From the NCBI GenBank assembly GCA_964443495.1, contig CAYUCS010000002.1, positions 23,740 to 87,739 on the forward strand: a stretch of 64,000 bases of DNA, written 5' to 3'. Positions 16,951-26,784 of this stretch are shown in pieces. Under the pieces are notes generated by a model. The model did not search any database. It was not told the origin of the DNA and worked only from the letters and a program-made list of their open reading frames with translations. This DNA comes from an uncultured Gammaproteobacteria bacterium (GTDB lineage: Bacteria > Patescibacteriota > Patescibacteriia > Patescibacteriales > GWE2-39-37). A program made the translations under genes and the position numbers. Within the stretch, counting starts at the first letter, position 1. Each line of letters begins with the position of its first letter.

Positions 16951-16986
16951 AACAAGAACGACGGCCTTCGGGCCGTCGTTCTTGTT
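16951..16986. terminator. 16-bp perfect hairpin downstream of the helicase gene
   Basis: AACAAGAACGACGGCC-TTCG-GGCCGTCGTTCTTGTT. There is no clear U-tract on either strand. Confidence 0.45.
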
Positions 16987-17012
16987 ATTGTCGCGGTTTG
17001 CAGGCAGGAGGG

Positions 17013-18719
17013 CTAGCGCCTCCCTTTCGGGCGGCCGGGCCTCCTGCCATCTTGGCGGCCGCGCTTCTTATCCGAAAAATTACGTCCTGGCCGATCAACC
17101 GGAACGCTGTCGGCGATCCTGGCCTCCAATTTGCGGCCGTTGTAATGGGACGATTTGAAACTTCGGGCGATATCCTTTTCCCTATTCTTATCGATACCGA
17201 AAATGGTAAAAGTCTCGAACATCCTGATCTTGCCGATTTCCGCGCCTTTCAGCTCCTTCTGGGCGTTGATCAGGCCGAACAAGGTCTTCACCTCGAGGCG
17301 GTCTTTCTTGCCGATATTGATGCGGACATTGACGAAGTTCTCTTCGGGCTGGCGGTCGCTGCGCTCGCGCAAGCCGCCGGCCTGTTTGCCGGCAGTCACC
17401 GCCTCCATATCCTTGGTGTCTTTATATAGGTTCAAAAAATGATTGAATTCCGCCGAAACGAAACGTGCCAGCAGGTCGTGGCGCGATAGGCCCTTGAGCC
17501 GCTCTTCGACGGCCGGCAGGAAAGGCGCGATCTCTTTCTCGCTCACCTCGGCGTTGACCATCTTGTCGACCAGGCTCAGAAGCTGCTTCTCGCAGATTTC
17601 CTGGCCGGTCGGCACGCGCTTCAATTCGAAGGTTTTGCCGGTCTTGTACTCCAAGTCGCGGACCTTGCGCAGTTCGCGCATGGTCAGGATCGAGAGTGAG
17701 ACGCCGCTTTTCTGCGCGCGGCCGGTGCGGCCGCTGCGATGGACATAGACTTCGCTCACGTCCGGCAAGCTATAATTGATGACATGGGTCAAGTCGTTGA
17801 CGTCGATGCCGCGCGCCGCCACGTCGGTAGCGACCAAGAGTTGGATCTTGCGCTGGCGGAAACGCTCCATGATCTGCGTGCGCAGATTCTGGGAGATGTC
17901 ACCGTGCAGGGCCTCGGTCGAATAACGGTCTTCCTTGAGCTTGTCAGCGATTTCCTGGGTCTCGTTGCGGGTGCGGCAAAAGAGGATGCCATAGATATCC
18001 GGCTCGGAATCGACGACGCGGCGCAAGGCTTCATATTTCTGGCCCGGTTTTACGAGATAATATTGATGGACGACCTTGTCGGCGCCGATATTCTTCTTGC
18101 TGACGCTGATCTCTTTCGGCTCGTTCATGTACTGCTTGGCCATGCCGTAAATCGTGGCCGACATCGTCGCCGAAAACAGCAGCGTCCGCTTGGTTGCCGA
18201 AGTCTCGGCCAAGATGGCGTCGAGATCATCCTTGAAACCGAGGTCGAGCATCTCATCGGCCTCGTCGAGGACGACGAAACGGATGGTATGGAGATTCAAA
18301 ATTCTGCGGCGGATCAGGTCATGGACACGACCAGGCGTTCCTACGACGATATTGGCGCCGGCACGGAGCTCTTGGATCTGCAAATCGATCCGGGCGCCGC
18401 CGTAAACGGTGGCCACGGATACGCCGGAGGAGTGTTTGGCGAAAGTCGAAATCTCGCGGCTGATCTGCAAGCACAGTTCGCGGGTCGGACACAGGATGAT
18501 GGCCTGCAGATCCCTGCCCTTATTCAGCTTGTTCAAAATCGGCAGACCGAAAGCGGCGGTCTTGCCGGTGCCGGTCTGGGCCAGACCGATCAGGTCCTGC
18601 TCATTTTCCAGCACGAAAGGAATGGCCTGCTCCTGGATAGGAGTGGCCTCGACATAGCCGATTTCCTTGAGGCTCTTCAATATTTGGGCGTTCAAGCCCA
18701 GTTCTTCGAATGTTTTCAT
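17013..18719 (-). CDS. DEAD-box ATP-dependent RNA helicase with C-terminal RNA-binding extension and Arg/Gly-rich tail
   Basis: It has the Q-motif region and the motifs AQTGTGKTAAF, DEADEM, SAT and HRSGRTGRA. The C-terminal tail reads GRQDGRRPGRPKGRR. Confidence 0.9.
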   Translation of the reverse strand: MKTFEELGLNAQILKSLKEIGYVEATPIQEQAIPFVLENEQDLIGLAQTGTGKTAAFGLPILNKLNKGRDLQAIILCPTRELCLQISREISTFAKHSSGVSVATVYGGARIDLQIQELRAGANIVVGTPGRVHDLIRRRILNLHTIRFVVLDEADEMLDLGFKDDLDAILAETSATKRTLLFSATMSATIYGMAKQYMNEPKEISVSKKNIGADKVVHQYYLVKPGQKYEALRRVVDSEPDIYGILFCRTRNETQEIADKLKEDRYSTEALHGDISQNLRTQIMERFRQRKIQLLVATDVAARGIDVNDLTHVINYSLPDVSEVYVHRSGRTGRAQKSGVSLSILTMRELRKVRDLEYKTGKTFELKRVPTGQEICEKQLLSLVDKMVNAEVSEKEIAPFLPAVEERLKGLSRHDLLARFVSAEFNHFLNLYKDTKDMEAVTAGKQAGGLRERSDRQPEENFVNVRINIGKKDRLEVKTLFGLINAQKELKGAEIGKIRMFETFTIFGIDKNREKDIARSFKSSHYNGRKLEARIADSVPVDRPGRNFSDKKRGRQDGRRPGRPKGRR

Positions 18720-18845
18720 AAATCGATAGCTTTTGGCTAATATTATTTAATTAGCCCTCAAACCCGATATAAATTCAATATATACCTAATCAAAAAGCTA
18801 CCGGCAAAATATAACACCTTTTTATTATTTTGTAAAGGCCTTGGC

Positions 18846-20612
18846 TCAATCCATAAAATAAAGCGGCACCCCCAATTTCTTGATTTCGCCCAAGCGATAA
18901 TCAAGCATCTTTGATCCGACAAAAATCGCAGTTACCGAATCGTGCTTTGCCAACTCATCGATATTGTTCTGCAAGAACCCCTTGCGGCTGACGATGGATA
19001 ATTCCAATGGCTCTAAACCGAGTTCGGCCGCTCTTTTGGCATGCTTCAAAAACTCTTTCCTGGCCGTGTCCTTAACCTCCTTTTCGGCAGCCTCGGAGTA
19101 TTTATTTTCAAGGCACAAAAGAACCTGTACGCGACTGACCCCATGCTTTCGCGACCATTCGATGACTTTCGGCAAGCGCTTGATGAAGGTGTGGCCCCGC
19201 GAAGCCAGAATGACTGCCGGGCTTGCCAAAACCTTGATCTTTTTGTCATCACCGACCACTTCGGCGACCTTCAATCTTTTGGCCGCCCACGGCGTCAGCA
19301 AAGGCTCGACGATCAAAGTAAGCAGGATCGCCCACATCCCGACCTCGACCAAGCCCTCTGTCCCCTTTACGCCCAAGCCGACAACGGTCACCATCAGGAC
19401 GGCCGGTATCGCTCCGGTTTCGCGCACGAAAGAAATGAAAAGCATATCCCTGATACCGGTCTTGTCCTTGGCAAAAAGATTCACCGGGATGAGCGAAATG
19501 AAAACCGCTATCGGCCTGATTACGCCCATGAACAGCACTGCCATGGCCACCCCCAACGGAGCATATGACATTAGCGAGCCGAGATCGACCAGCGAGCCGA
19601 GCAGGATGAATATTACGGGCTTAAAAAAGCCCTCCACCAAGCTATTGAAAAAATGTTCCGTCTCCTGCATGTGCTCTGCCAAGTGGAAAATCAAGCCGGC
19701 AATGAACGCGGCCAGATAACCGCTGCCGCCGAACATCAAAGCCAGTACAAAAATCACGATCGGGACGAACAGGAAAAAGGCGGAATCGGCATCGAATTCC
19801 TGCTCATACCTCTTCTTGAAGCGTGACAGCCCCTCGAGCAGAACATAGCCGAACAAGCCGAAAACAGCCCCGAAAAACAGCTGCTTCAGAAGTATCAAGC
19901 CGCTCTGGGCATTGAATATCCCGCCGTACCAAGAAACGATGCTCGAGAAATTCGTTCCTGCCGAAACATAAGCCAGGAAGACGACTGTCAGCAAAGTGCC
20001 GACCACGTCAGTGACCGCGCTTTCAGAAATGACGATATCCTTGGTCGAAGGATTCTTAAAACGCAGCTGCTTAAGCACCGGTATGATGGCGGCCGGATCG
20101 GTCGAGGCCAGGATTGCGCCAAGCAACACGGCCGTGACCATGGATACGTGGCCCAGCAGCTGGCCGCCGATCAGCCAGACAAGCAAGGAGAAAAGGAAGG
20201 CGGTAACCAGCAGCCCGACAAATGACAACGAGAATATCTTTACGATATTCTTCTTGAAATTATGAAACGGCGTTTCAAGGCCGCCGGAAAAAAGGATCAA
20301 GGTCGCGCCCAGGCCGACCAGTATGCTCAAAGCTGTCTCGTTCTCGGTAATCGGCAAAAGCAAAGGTTTGGCTGCAAGCCCGAAGAAGATCGCCAAGACG
20401 AACGAAGGCAGCTTGATCAGGTGCGAGATATAGAACACGGCAAAAGACAAAGCGAACAGTACGGCAATCAGAAGAAATATTAGGAGCAGCTCGTGCTCGT
20501 GATTGATTTCCACATAGTGCAACAACTGCCTGCCCAGAAAAGCGTGCGAAAAAACGGCCACGGCCGATAGTGAAAGGATAGAAATCAAATATTTCCTGAT
20601 GATTGGATACAT
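18846..20612 (-). CDS. cation:proton antiporter (CPA1/NhaP-like) with a cytoplasmic C-terminal domain
   Basis: About 11-12 hydrophobic helices span ~420 aa, and the family-typical ATDPAA segment is present. A soluble tail of ~150 aa follows. Confidence 0.75.
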   Translation of the reverse strand: MYPIIRKYLISILSLSAVAVFSHAFLGRQLLHYVEINHEHELLLIFLLIAVLFALSFAVFYISHLIKLPSFVLAIFFGLAAKPLLLPITENETALSILVGLGATLILFSGGLETPFHNFKKNIVKIFSLSFVGLLVTAFLFSLLVWLIGGQLLGHVSMVTAVLLGAILASTDPAAIIPVLKQLRFKNPSTKDIVISESAVTDVVGTLLTVVFLAYVSAGTNFSSIVSWYGGIFNAQSGLILLKQLFFGAVFGLFGYVLLEGLSRFKKRYEQEFDADSAFFLFVPIVIFVLALMFGGSGYLAAFIAGLIFHLAEHMQETEHFFNSLVEGFFKPVIFILLGSLVDLGSLMSYAPLGVAMAVLFMGVIRPIAVFISLIPVNLFAKDKTGIRDMLFISFVRETGAIPAVLMVTVVGLGVKGTEGLVEVGMWAILLTLIVEPLLTPWAAKRLKVAEVVGDDKKIKVLASPAVILASRGHTFIKRLPKVIEWSRKHGVSRVQVLLCLENKYSEAAEKEVKDTARKEFLKHAKRAAELGLEPLELSIVSRKGFLQNNIDELAKHDSVTAIFVGSKMLDYRLGEIKKLGVPLYFMD

Positions 20613-20725
20613 AATGATGGCTTAAGAATCGATAAAATTTAATTATACAACAAAAATAGAGGCGGACAAAGCCCTGCCTCTTGCTATTTCATGAATAAAT
20701 TGAGCTGCGATATCGTCGCGCGAAT

Positions 20726-21832
20726 TCAGGAATCAAGGTCAGCCACCTCCAGATTCCTGGTGTGCCAGTTCAGGATCGCTGTCTTCCGTATCATCAGCTT
20801 GTGCATGTCGGGGTGCGCTTTCTGGATGACCTCGGAGGCGTACTGGCTCAAAAAATGGGACTTGAGCTCTGCCCTGGCCCGATCCACGCCGATTTCGGAG
20901 TACGGCGCCGACGCCAAAAGCAAAAAACCGTCTCTCGGGATCATTCCCTTGTCCATATTCGATTTGATGATGCTGACGGCATTGACGATCGGGCTGCTCA
21001 TGTCCGGGCTGTACGGACCGATGATCAGGGCGATGTTGGGCACGTGCAGGAAATCGAAGCCGCGGCCGATGCAGATGATCCACTCCCGATGCACCGAGTC
21101 GAGTTCGAGATTGCGGTGCGAATTCCTGATGTCCTTGATGTGCTCGATATTGCCCTGCGCCAGCGGGACCAAATCGCGCAAGACCTGGTCTGGCATATCC
21201 GGATACATCGTGCGCAATTTGTTGGCCCAGAATTCCTTCGAAGTCTCGCCGGCTTGCGCCAAGTCGAAAGCCTCGCCGTTTTCCCCGTGCAGGATCATGG
21301 CGTCTTCGTCGGTCTCGAAACCGCAGATTACCGGATAGACCGTCTGATGGTCATGGCCGAAGACGTATTCGATCTGCTTCTTCACCTCGAAGACGTGCTT
21401 GACGGCCGCTTCGCGATCGTAATTGAAGCCGGCGCAGCCGCGATGCTGGTCGCTCTTCGAATAATGATAAGTGATCATGATCAGCACTCGCTTCGAATCG
21501 TCGATGGCGTTGCTGACCGTATTGTAAAGCACCTCGCCTAAATAGGGCCAGCCCAGATCGAACATGCCGCCGATGTTGCGGAACGGCTTGATGATGCCCA
21601 ATGGCGTTTTGGTAGCGTAAGGCAGATGGATGCGCCCGTCCATGCATTTCAGGGCCATGATCATGGTCGGATGCTTGGCCGAATACCGCTTCCTGGCCAG
21701 ATAGGCCTCGGGCGTGCAGTAAGTCTCGGAATGGCGCTTGCTCAAATCAACCAGCCAATCGATCCGTTCCTGGATCGGCATGTGGTATATGTCCGCCTCC
21801 CGGGCGTTGATATACTTGTTGATTTCCTTCAT
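20726..21832 (-). CDS. hypothetical protein (weak beta-carbonic-anhydrase-like Cys/His motifs)
   Basis: It is a 368-aa ORF on the coding strand of its neighbours. CMDGR and HRGCAGF resemble the C-x-D-x-R and H-x-x-C-G zinc motifs of beta-carbonic anhydrases. This is only a motif-level resemblance. Confidence 0.5.
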   Translation of the reverse strand: MKEINKYINAREADIYHMPIQERIDWLVDLSKRHSETYCTPEAYLARKRYSAKHPTMIMALKCMDGRIHLPYATKTPLGIIKPFRNIGGMFDLGWPYLGEVLYNTVSNAIDDSKRVLIMITYHYSKSDQHRGCAGFNYDREAAVKHVFEVKKQIEYVFGHDHQTVYPVICGFETDEDAMILHGENGEAFDLAQAGETSKEFWANKLRTMYPDMPDQVLRDLVPLAQGNIEHIKDIRNSHRNLELDSVHREWIICIGRGFDFLHVPNIALIIGPYSPDMSSPIVNAVSIIKSNMDKGMIPRDGFLLLASAPYSEIGVDRARAELKSHFLSQYASEVIQKAHPDMHKLMIRKTAILNWHTRNLEVADLDS

Positions 21833-21946
21833 ATGCTTGAGTATCCTTTATTCCACTATATCCCTTGGGCTGGCAAAGTCAACTGCGATAGATGATAAAA
21901 AAAGGAGAAGGTTGGACCCTCTCCGTAAGAACCGATCTATCGCGGT

Positions 21947-22606
21947 TCAACCGATGTTTTCGACCGACACATGGATCGAATCGCCGTAATTGGAAAGGAC
22001 GACGTTCATCAGGCAGTCACCCTTCTCGACAGTGACGGAAAAATCGGTCATCTCGTACATCTGGAAATCCTTGCCCTTGAAATACTCGGCGGCGGCCGTA
22101 AGGAGATGCTCCGTGGCAATGCGCTCCTGCGTACTCATCACGAAACGCTCTTCGTAAACTCCGAAAATCGAAGTGAGCAGCACCGACTGCATTTCTTGCA
22201 GGCTATTCGGCGTAAGCAGCCGGGACACGGGCAGGCTGGTCGAGACATTGAACCTGTCACGCAGGAAAGATTCCAGGTTCGAAGTCTTTTCGGGCACGAT
22301 TCCTTCGCAGTACTCAGCGATCTCCGCAGCCTCCTCATCGGTCAGATGAGGAAACATGTAAACGAACTGGACGACTTCCAGTATCTCCATGGCGAACTCA
22401 TCCCTGATTTCCACCCGGTGGTCGCTGAGAGACATTTTCATGTTCGATATGGCAAGCTGGGCAGCTGACATGCTCTCGGCCAGATAACTCTGGCTTTTTC
22501 TGATCTTGAGCATCGCCATTACCAAAAAAGCGATGATCCGGCGCATCTTGTCGTACTGATACTTTTCCACGATCCTCTCCAGGCATTGAATGAACTTCGC
22601 TCCCAT
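21947..22606 (-). CDS. hypothetical protein
   Basis: It is a 219-aa ORF with an AGGAGGGGAGGG SD-like stretch upstream. I recognise no motif. Confidence 0.5.
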   Translation of the reverse strand: MGAKFIQCLERIVEKYQYDKMRRIIAFLVMAMLKIRKSQSYLAESMSAAQLAISNMKMSLSDHRVEIRDEFAMEILEVVQFVYMFPHLTDEEAAEIAEYCEGIVPEKTSNLESFLRDRFNVSTSLPVSRLLTPNSLQEMQSVLLTSIFGVYEERFVMSTQERIATEHLLTAAAEYFKGKDFQMYEMTDFSVTVEKGDCLMNVVLSNYGDSIHVSVENIG

Positions 22607-22737
22607 AGCACCCTCCCCTCCTAAGCCGGTATATTTGGCAACGTATTCACAGGATAATTAATTTGACGCCCGAATGCAAGTGCGGCTGCAGGAAAGATGA
22701 TCGTAAAAAAACAGGCCGGTTTTCCGGCCTGTTTTGC

Positions 22738-23259
22738 TTATTTCTTGTTTTTGTACGCCTGGTGGGTCAGTTCGATGAACTCTTCTGCGGCTTGGAGCGA
22801 CTCGTAGCCGCTGACCTCGACCTGCTTGTTCTCGAGCTTCTTGTACTCCTCGAAGAAGTGGGTGATCTCATCGAGCAAATGAGGGGCCAAGTCAGACAAC
22901 TCCATCTTGTGGTGATAGTGCGGATTGTTGGCCTGTACGGCGACCAGCTTGTCGTCCTGTTCCCCGCCGTCGGTCATGCGCAGGATGCCCAGGGGGCGCA
23001 CCTCGACTACGCAGCCGGGCAAGGTCGGGCTGTCGGTGACGATCAGGACATCCAGATGGTCGCCATCCGGGGCCAGAGTCTCGGGGATGAAGCCGTAATC
23101 GACAGGATAAAACAGCGGCGAATGCAGAACGCGGTCGAGCTTGATGAAGCCTGTCTCAGGATCGACTTCGTATTTGTTGTGGCCGCCTTTAGGAATTTCC
23201 ACTACTGCGGTCAGGATTTTGGGGTATTCTTTGCCGATACCGAGCGAATCATAGTTCAT
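22738..23259 (-). CDS. ppa: inorganic pyrophosphatase (family I)
   Basis: YPVDYGFIPETLAPDGDHLDVLIV is the signature region. The protein is 173 aa. Confidence 0.9.
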   Translation of the reverse strand: MNYDSLGIGKEYPKILTAVVEIPKGGHNKYEVDPETGFIKLDRVLHSPLFYPVDYGFIPETLAPDGDHLDVLIVTDSPTLPGCVVEVRPLGILRMTDGGEQDDKLVAVQANNPHYHHKMELSDLAPHLLDEITHFFEEYKKLENKQVEVSGYESLQAAEEFIELTHQAYKNKK

Positions 23260-23317
23260 TTTTTTCTGGAATTATTTTTTAGCACGAAACTGACTATACC
23301 ATGCTACGGCAATCCGG

Positions 23318-23725
23318 TCAATCATCGGTACGGAGTCCGCTCAAGCGCTTATGCATTGCCTCCAGCTCCTTCACGGACGCCTCCCTGGCTCTCGTCGGGC
23401 TCAGCTCGTTGCACTCGTTTATCGGAACCAGGTGTATATGGACATGCGGGATACTCAGCCCTTCGATAGCCAAACCGACTATTCTTGCTGACGTAGCCTT
23501 CCGCAGCTTGTGTGACAAATCTTTCGCAACATCGAATATTTCCGTATATGCGTCGTTCGGGAGATCGAAGACCTGCTCAAAGTGCTTTTTAGGGATCAGA
23601 AGGATGTGCCCTGGATTTATCGGCGCGATATCAAGAAAGGCAAGAAAATTCTCATCTTCCCAGACCTTATAGCAGGGCTCCTCGCCATTTATAATCTTGC
23701 AAAACAAACAATCATTTTTTGTCAT
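23318..23725 (-). CDS. HIT-family (histidine triad) nucleotide hydrolase/transferase
   Basis: It has the histidine triad HVHIHLVP and an N-terminal CLFCKI zinc-like motif. Confidence 0.85.
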   Translation of the reverse strand: MTKNDCLFCKIINGEEPCYKVWEDENFLAFLDIAPINPGHILLIPKKHFEQVFDLPNDAYTEIFDVAKDLSHKLRKATSARIVGLAIEGLSIPHVHIHLVPINECNELSPTRAREASVKELEAMHKRLSGLRTDD

Positions 23726-23745
23726 ATGCGGACTTATTTCAAATA

Positions 23746-24999
23746 TTAATTTCTACCGACGTAAGGTGCCGTCTTCCTGTTTGCTTCAAGGAATGATACG
23801 ATTATTTCCGCGGATTTTTCCGGCTTGTCACCATTCAGCTCAGCTGCGACATTCCCGATGCTGCGCTTGAATCCGGCGTAATCCCGATCTATCTGCGCGA
23901 TCAAGGAGCTGAGCGCAGCCGTTGATCTCTCGTCGATGACGGTGCGAAAATCGGCACGTGCAATGTCACCTGAGGCATCGCAATAAGTAAGTGAGCAGCC
24001 CTGCTGGCGGGCCGTCTCAGAAAAAGTGAACTGGTCGATATTGTTAGGCACGGTAATCGATGGCACCTCAGCCTCAAGGCAATGCATTAACGTACCGTGA
24101 CCGCCCGAATGTATCACCATCTTCGCTTTTTTGGAAACGGCCAGACCGGGCAAATACTTGGCAATGTAAACACGGGAATCGCCCGCAAGCGGCTTGTCTA
24201 TCCAGTGCCGTTGTACTTGCGGCCCCAGGCTGACAACCGCGGCATAGCCTGCTGACAATACTGACGCGATGGCGGCGTTATAATAGCCGGCATCACCGAC
24301 CGAGCCGCCGAAAGAAATATATATAAACAGCGGGTTCTCCCTGACGAAATCATCCAGTCCTTGCGAGTGCCCCGCTTCCATATCAGCGGCAAGCGACCCT
24401 ATGTGCACGCACTTTGCCGCCAACGCATCTTCTGCTCGCACAGGGTCGATAAGACTGACACTTGGAATGAATATTTTGTCTGCCTTATCAAAAAGCTCGT
24501 CATACGATTCGGGAAATCCGATACCTAACGATTTTGCGGTTTTTTTCAGTCTCGGGAAAATGACATCCCGAGGATAGATGTATCCGAAATAGTTGTCCAT
24601 CCTGGAAGCCTTGGCGTCCGGGCCGACACCATAAGCCCCGCCGTAGCATGGCAGCAATGTCGCGTTGGTCAAGAAGACATAAGGTATCCCAAGCGCTTGG
24701 TTAATGAAGCATCCGGAAAACATCGGATCATTTACCACATAGTCGGGGGCGAATTTCTCAGCGGCCCTTATTTCGTACCGACGCAGTTCGACATAGAATT
24801 CAGGATCGCTCAAGGATTTGGCCGACTCAAAACCTCCTTCAAACAACTCAAAGCCATTGCGCACGATCAGGTCGGCAACCTTCCGATCAGCCGCGAATGC
24901 GGTTTTGTGTCCACGTTTTTCCGCGGCGCGAGCGACCGCCATGCACCGCATGGTATGGGCGAGGGCGTTCTCGGACAATGGCACGAATAGGATTCTCAT
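23746..24999 (-). CDS. GT1-family glycosyltransferase (MGT/UDP-glycosyltransferase-like)
   Basis: It has the N-terminal MRILFVPLSENALAHTMRCMAVA and the C-terminal HSGGHGTLMHCLEAEVPSITVPNNIDQF donor-binding motif. Confidence 0.75.
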   Translation of the reverse strand: MRILFVPLSENALAHTMRCMAVARAAEKRGHKTAFAADRKVADLIVRNGFELFEGGFESAKSLSDPEFYVELRRYEIRAAEKFAPDYVVNDPMFSGCFINQALGIPYVFLTNATLLPCYGGAYGVGPDAKASRMDNYFGYIYPRDVIFPRLKKTAKSLGIGFPESYDELFDKADKIFIPSVSLIDPVRAEDALAAKCVHIGSLAADMEAGHSQGLDDFVRENPLFIYISFGGSVGDAGYYNAAIASVLSAGYAAVVSLGPQVQRHWIDKPLAGDSRVYIAKYLPGLAVSKKAKMVIHSGGHGTLMHCLEAEVPSITVPNNIDQFTFSETARQQGCSLTYCDASGDIARADFRTVIDERSTAALSSLIAQIDRDYAGFKRSIGNVAAELNGDKPEKSAEIIVSFLEANRKTAPYVGRN

Positions 25000-25866
25000 T
25001 TAAATAATTTCACTGATAATTTCAGACAGGCGCGCTTTGACCCATTTCCCCTGATCCTGATCCATGAATCCGTCAACGAACAGCATGGCCCCGCAATAAG
25101 CGGCATAGGCGCTTACCTCCGGCATCGATGCCGAAACGAAAGACGAGCCTGGATCGTAACCTCGCCGCAATCCTTCCCAATCAGTCATCAGTCCTCCCCA
25201 CAAATAGACGTAACCCAGCTCGAGCAGCGGGTCGCCAGCTTGCGCGCCCTCCCAATCCAAGACCCCGGAAAGCTTCCCGTTTTTGAACAAGAGATTCTTG
25301 AGGACATAGTCACCGTGAAGAAGCGACGCGCGAACCCGGCTGGTCCCAGCGAGATTTGCCAATGCTGCGCACATGCGGCCGAACTCCTGCTTCGAAAGAA
25401 CCTGCGGAACTAGCGCGCAATATGCCTCCTTGGAATCAACAAGCTCGCTGACGGTTGCGGCGGCGGCACTAGGAGAAAAACGAGCCGGAGACCCTGACGA
25501 AACTTGCGGGCACTCAATCGCATGTATTTCACGCAAAACCCGGCCAGCTTCAAGCCAAACGGCTTGCCCGGCATCACCGAAGACTTTGACGGGTTCGCCG
25601 CCGACAGCCTCATACATCGCCAAGAAGGCGCCGCCCCCGATCGCTTCGTGCGCGATTAAGCGCGGGAAGCCGAATGATGCCTTAGCGGCTGAAAGAATGG
25701 CCTCCAGTTGCCGATAATGGCTCGCCTCCCGCCTCGTCGTCTTTGCGATCAGGCGTTCGTCAAGCAAGCAGACAAGATTGTTCTGGCTGTTAAGCCATGT
25801 GGCCTGGCGGGCCGGCAGCCCCGTCTTGCGTTCATAAAACTCCAAGATGTCGGTTTTATTGACCAT
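25000..25866 (-). CDS. aminoglycoside-phosphotransferase-like small-molecule kinase (APH/ChoK fold)
   Basis: It has the Brenner motif LLHGDYVLKNLLF followed by LDWEGAQAGDP. Its stop abuts the downstream gene's start. Confidence 0.75.
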   Translation of the reverse strand: MVNKTDILEFYERKTGLPARQATWLNSQNNLVCLLDERLIAKTTRREASHYRQLEAILSAAKASFGFPRLIAHEAIGGGAFLAMYEAVGGEPVKVFGDAGQAVWLEAGRVLREIHAIECPQVSSGSPARFSPSAAAATVSELVDSKEAYCALVPQVLSKQEFGRMCAALANLAGTSRVRASLLHGDYVLKNLLFKNGKLSGVLDWEGAQAGDPLLELGYVYLWGGLMTDWEGLRRGYDPGSSFVSASMPEVSAYAAYCGAMLFVDGFMDQDQGKWVKARLSEIISEII

Positions 25867-26557
25867 GCTTTTCTGCCAAGACTATGATATTTTTTCTGAA
25901 AATTCCTGGAAAAGGCCGCTCTAAAAAATCAAAAAATCGCTCGAACCGGTTCTTGTAAGCCGAGTGGGCCGTCCATCGGCGGGCGATGAATCCTGCATCA
26001 GACAAGGCAGCCTCCAATACTTTGTGAGTGAATAGCGACTTGTGCTGGAAATTATACGGCCTTTCCGGGTACTTATCCCTAAATTCGCAAAAATCAGGCA
26101 ATCTTCCAGCTAGCAGCTCTAGCCGGTACTGCAGATAAGCTATGTTCGGGGTCGCTACGATAATTACGCCCCCCGGCTTAAGCACTCGGCGAATTTCCCG
26201 AAGAGCCACTATCGGATCGACCAGATGTTCGATGACCTCGGAAAAGACTACGGTATCGAAAGTCGAATCCGCAAAAGGCAGTTGCTCGTGCTCGATATCG
26301 CAATGGAAGGCGTCGATGCCCCTGTTTCTGGCCGACTCGACCGCTGATTCCAAAAAATCTACGCCCGACACAATATTGTCTTTAATCTGAAGGAAATAAG
26401 AGAGATAGCCTGTCATGCAACCGACATCGAGCACGCGCTTTCCTTGCCCGACAATCTTTTCAATCTGGCTGATTTTGTCGTCCTTGATGAACTCCTGGTT
26501 GCTATTCTTGAAATTGCGGTCAAAATACCGATTGTATTCGATTTTGAGATTATTCAT
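25856..26557 (-). CDS. class I SAM-dependent methyltransferase
   Basis: It has motif I, VLDVGCMTGYLS, and the post-I acidic residue (GVDF). It overlaps the kinase gene by 11 nt. Confidence 0.8.
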   Translation of the reverse strand: MNNLKIEYNRYFDRNFKNSNQEFIKDDKISQIEKIVGQGKRVLDVGCMTGYLSYFLQIKDNIVSGVDFLESAVESARNRGIDAFHCDIEHEQLPFADSTFDTVVFSEVIEHLVDPIVALREIRRVLKPGGVIIVATPNIAYLQYRLELLAGRLPDFCEFRDKYPERPYNFQHKSLFTHKVLEAALSDAGFIARRWTAHSAYKNRFERFFDFLERPFPGIFRKNIIVLAEKHGQ

Positions 26558-26574
26558 ATTTAGCTTGATTTTGA

Positions 26575-26603
26575 AAATTAACCCGATTGCCTCGCCGTGT
26601 CAA
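26575..26603 (-). promoter_or_regulatory. putative promoter of the methyltransferase-kinase-GT-HIT operon
   Basis: On the minus strand it reads TTGACA (26603..26598), a 17-nt spacer, then TAATTT (26580..26575). Confidence 0.45.
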
Positions 26604-26696
26604 GGCCCGCAAATGCGGAAATGTTTGAATAAAATTCGCCGATATACTATATTTATCTTAACGATAATACCATCAGGGTAGCATTTATGCCTTGAT

Positions 26697-26725
26697 TTGA
26701 CAAAATAACGGAAGGTTGATATATT
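26697..26725 (+). promoter_or_regulatory. sigma70-like promoter of trpS
   Basis: It reads TTGACA (26697..26702), a 17-nt spacer, then TATATT (26720..26725). Confidence 0.6.
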
Positions 26726-26784
26726 ACAATAATTTGTTCACTTAAATGAAAAACCCAAAAATAACATCCAAGGAGGATAACAAG

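Noticed and set aside
26746-26784. ATG at 26746 as the trpS start (track ORF).
   Set aside because: It has no SD and lies only ~14 nt from the predicted TSS. The GTG at 26785 has AAGGAGG 8 nt upstream and gives the normal TrpRS N-terminus.
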